Below are positions 62,201 to 64,000 of a stretch of DNA of 64,000 nt, one piece after another; within the stretch, counting starts at the first letter, position 1; each line of letters starts with the position of its first letter. The notes below the pieces were generated by a model, which made no database searches, was not told the DNA's origin, and was given only the letters and a program-made list of their open reading frames with translations. The DNA comes from Candidatus Sumerlaeaceae bacterium (GTDB lineage: Bacteria; Sumerlaeota; Sumerlaeia; Sumerlaeales; Sumerlaeaceae). The position numbers and the translations under genes were made by a program. Where the stretch lies: assembly GCA_049968255.1 (NCBI GenBank), contig JBMFRB010000003.1, positions 128,898 to 192,897 of the forward strand, given 5' to 3'.

Positions 62201-62702
62201 ACCGCAACTGCCGGCCAATGCTACGCTTTCCATGTGGGTCTACGGCGACGGCTCGGGCAATCAGGTGCGCTTCTGCATCCGCGACTCAGAGCCTAGCCCT
62301 GGCCCCGACCTTTTCGTCAGCGATTACTTCACCATTAACTTCACAGGCTGGCAGAAGCTGACGTGGCAAATCGGCGTTGATCCAACCACAAAGTGGGCAG
62401 GTGGCGGCGACGGACTTGTCACAGGGCCGTATGTGAAGTTCGATAGCATCCATATCAAGAAGGGCGCCAGCTCACCGGCCAGCGGCCATCTCTACTTCGA
62501 TGAGATCACGTATAGCACAGGGGGCAATGCCGTGGCGGCCATCGTCTACGACGGGGGCACTGGAGGCCCAAAGCTGGTCTACTTTGCCTTCCCGTTCGAG
62601 ACAATCACCTCCGAAAGTGCTCGCAACGCGGTCATGTCCAACGTGCTCAACTTCTTCAACACTCCACTCCCTGTGAGCTTGAGCGAGTTCATCACGGAGT
62701 AG
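59283..62702 (+). CDS. Secreted multidomain Amidase_3-like protein with golvesin-like insert, FN3 and CBM-like domains
   Basis: Signal peptide; IFLSPGHG, IEDH, AWHTNA, LTEIAFHD; golvesin-like TPNIPVAGYYAVYVWY...ADAVRFGGG; FN3 YYFRVSATNAGGES; INFTGWQ CBM-like module. Confidence 0.8.
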   Translation: MVTRAKFSKQSTFRWAVFIIAFIGMRCTLQAETVRVLMLRDGAPVWIEREAMALPGGLVRATTQADSSLAQNLAAALQAQVSPPPQDVKAQGVKNFVPEGAHVAAVEVTDGMCTAALELPPDYLAAGISDEDLELFAEMLAGLATQYPDIRSLVLVTRESDTSPWKPLTVFAKPAPPQLEKPASKSETTSSESILPKAGQNAAQGQPQPTGALTGASIFLSPGHGWAYNSSLGRWATQRTYTNGLIEDHSNAEACLQYLVRYLWNAGARVYTVRERDMNTNMVIVDNASATYSGTWTLETASGAYGGNHSYAVTVTGSPTATATYTPNIPVAGYYAVYVWYRKSASGTTTADARIRINHTGGTTVWTQDQNVDGYTWKYVGTYYFQAGTNPASGSVVIDNLSSTAGNCVIADAVRFGGGMGDVADNVSGTTSGWPRWEESGRYYAAFMGKSDWASYNTVTAMPSYASWECESWESGRSVYVAWHTNAPNPGTGTETYAYASGGYDTTFDGVPGGLELRNFIHNEIINDIRKGYDSGWTDRGKHTNWYGELNPSYNNKMPAALTEIAFHDTPSDAAKLKDPVFRQIAARAVYQGIVKFFNSYDPGTFPNATLLPEPPTNLRVVRTGPNSVTLSWNAPPYNTGDGLLGDAATGYRVYRSTDGKGFDNGTPVTGTSYTMTGLTPGQVYYFRVSATNAGGESFPTETLAASCYANGPNPILIVNGFDRLDAAMSVQEPDPYSTGILARHYLWKMNSYDYIIAHAKAIKAYGRDFDSCSNEAVRDGQISLSNYATVIWILGRESSVDKTFDSAERTAIQNYLANGGKLFVTGSEIGYELDGLSVAPTFYNNVLRTDYVQDSAGTYDVQGVSGSIFDGLSFSFDNGSLVYDVPSPDVISPINGSQAALKYTNMGTTLLDSLDSVAGWWDPNSSGSTDPGVDPASAFTLASSPVHQGSGAGDLYYVWGTGQFIREYNSNQPQLPANATLSMWVYGDGSGNQVRFCIRDSEPSPGPDLFVSDYFTINFTGWQKLTWQIGVDPTTKWAGGGDGLVTGPYVKFDSIHIKKGASSPASGHLYFDEITYSTGGNAVAAIVYDGGTGGPKLVYFAFPFETITSESARNAVMSNVLNFFNTPLPVSLSEFITE

Positions 62703-62755
62703 TAAGGCCCCCTGTCGCAGGTGCGCAACGAGCACACTGCGTTCGCATGGAAAGC

Positions 62756-62792
62756 GCCGAGGCTGGGCGAGCCGCAGCCTCGGCCTTTTTTT
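62756..62792 (+). terminator. Intrinsic terminator
   Basis: gccgaggctg...cagcctcggc 10-bp stem followed by c and T7. Confidence 0.85.
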
Positions 62793-62932
62793 GATTTCCG
62801 TACTTCTGCCGGCTCAGCAAGTGTCTCTAAATGTTTGGGGTGAGTCGCACGATAGCGAGAGTCTTTCTGCTTGAATTTGTCATTTCGCCCAGCAGCTCTA
62901 CGAGGAGAAACAATTGGGGAGGCACGGCTCTG

Positions 62933-64000
62933 ATGTGTCGGGCGGAATGGATTTTCGCTACTGTGGGATCTAATCAAAAAAGGCGCGACAGCAGTGCAGA
63001 TGAATTTTATAAAGACAATCCAGTCCAGAAGTTTGTCCGTGAAGTGATTCAGAATTCCCTGGACGCAAAAAGAGAAAATAGTGAATGCGTAAAAGTTCGG
63101 TTCTCTTGGGGAGAGGTTGAGACCCACCACGTCCAGAAATATTTCAACACACTCCTCCCTCATGTTCAGGCGTCTACGGGTCAAACAAAATCTCTTCCGG
63201 AAAGATGCCGCTACCTCGTTGTCGAAGACTTCGGTACGCGAGGTTTGCGCGGTTCCCTTGATAAAGAATGGGGCAGGCAATCCGGCACCAGCAACGATCT
63301 TTTTGATTTTTTCATGCGCGAGGGGTGCTCGGAAAAACACGGTACCAACGCACGGGGAAGGCGAGGGCTCGGCAAACAAGTCTTTATGTCAGCGAGTCAA
63401 CTCAGAGCATGTCTCGTGTGGACATGGCGTGACGACGAGGAGCAGAGATCGCTCATTTGCGGCATGTGTGTGTTGAAGGGATACGAACTCGACGGGAAAG
63501 AATACACCGGTGATGGTTGGTATGCAATCCCCCAGGATGACCGATTCACACCTGTTACCGACGAAAACGAAATTAACGATTTCCGAGAAATTTTCAAGCT
63601 GAAGCGCCAAGTGGGCGAACACGGCCTCAGTGTCGTGTCTCCCTTTCTCGATGATAAAGTCTGGAAAGAGCTTCAGAAGGGCGGACACCTTGGTTTCTGG
63701 GTGATCAAGGAGTTTTTCTTCCCGATTTTGAAAGATACACTTGTGGTGGAGGTCGAGGGCAACAATGACCAGTGGCGGATTGATTCTAGTTTCTTGGAGG
63801 ACGAGAACAGGATCAGTGACCTATTGCAGAGAGTTCAATCTTCGCCTGGCGAGGGGGATTCGGCTATAACTGAGGAGGACGTAACCCTGCTCAAGGAACA
63901 GATCGCCCTGACACGGGATTATGTCCGTTGGCTGAGACGTGAAAAGAATATCTCTAACAAAACCGACGAAGTCTTTGGTGAGCCTTTGAGGTTGGACTTT
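62933..64000 (+). CDS. GHKL (HATPase-like) ATPase domain protein, 3' truncated by window edge
   Basis: Hand translation from ATG 62933 (GGGGAGG RBS) is open to the window end: MCRAEWIF...VREVIQNSLDA...YLVVEDFGTRGL...RGRRGLGKQVF; missing from the ORF track because no stop lies in the window. Confidence 0.82.
   Translation, partial: MCRAEWIFATVGSNQKRRDSSADEFYKDNPVQKFVREVIQNSLDAKRENSECVKVRFSWGEVETHHVQKYFNTLLPHVQASTGQTKSLPERCRYLVVEDFGTRGLRGSLDKEWGRQSGTSNDLFDFFMREGCSEKHGTNARGRRGLGKQVFMSASQLRACLVWTWRDDEEQRSLICGMCVLKGYELDGKEYTGDGWYAIPQDDRFTPVTDENEINDFREIFKLKRQVGEHGLSVVSPFLDDKVWKELQKGGHLGFWVIKEFFFPILKDTLVVEVEGNNDQWRIDSSFLEDENRISDLLQRVQSSPGEGDSAITEEDVTLLKEQIALTRDYVRWLRREKNISNKTDEVFGEPLRLDF

Noticed and set aside
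62579-63688. ORF-track calls 62579..63379(-), 63117..63476(+) and 63389..63688(-)
   Set aside because: Shadows of the GHKL ATPase frame starting at 62933

Overview
GC-rich bacterial chromosomal segment. It is a patchwork of short, functionally unrelated transcription units: hemB, holA, gltD, leuCD, a YmdB-type phosphoesterase, NrnA, a DegT aminotransferase, jag and a GcvR-like protein. Mixed in are envelope and glycan genes and three very large secreted multidomain hydrolases (GH13, GHL10 and Amidase_3 based). The protein style suggests a diderm of a poorly studied lineage such as Sumerlaeota/BRC1; this is an impression, not a tested assignment. I recognised no rRNA, tRNA, CRISPR array or IS element by eye. 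Most notable: (1) a divergent three-gene locus encoding an Hsp70-TPR-Ser/Thr kinase fusion, a DUF4388/MshEN-like protein and a tail-anchored receiver protein with RomR-like repeats; (2) a shared short extreme C-terminal motif (PVS..hydrophobic..E-stop) on two unrelated secreted enzymes, a candidate sorting signal; (3) a solitary, apparently intact phage large terminase next to a DUF1257-like gene; (4) a small heat-shock protein with a signal peptide; (5) a GHKL ATPase gene missing from the ORF track, starting an AT-richer segment at the right edge. All product calls come from motif recognition, not database searches.
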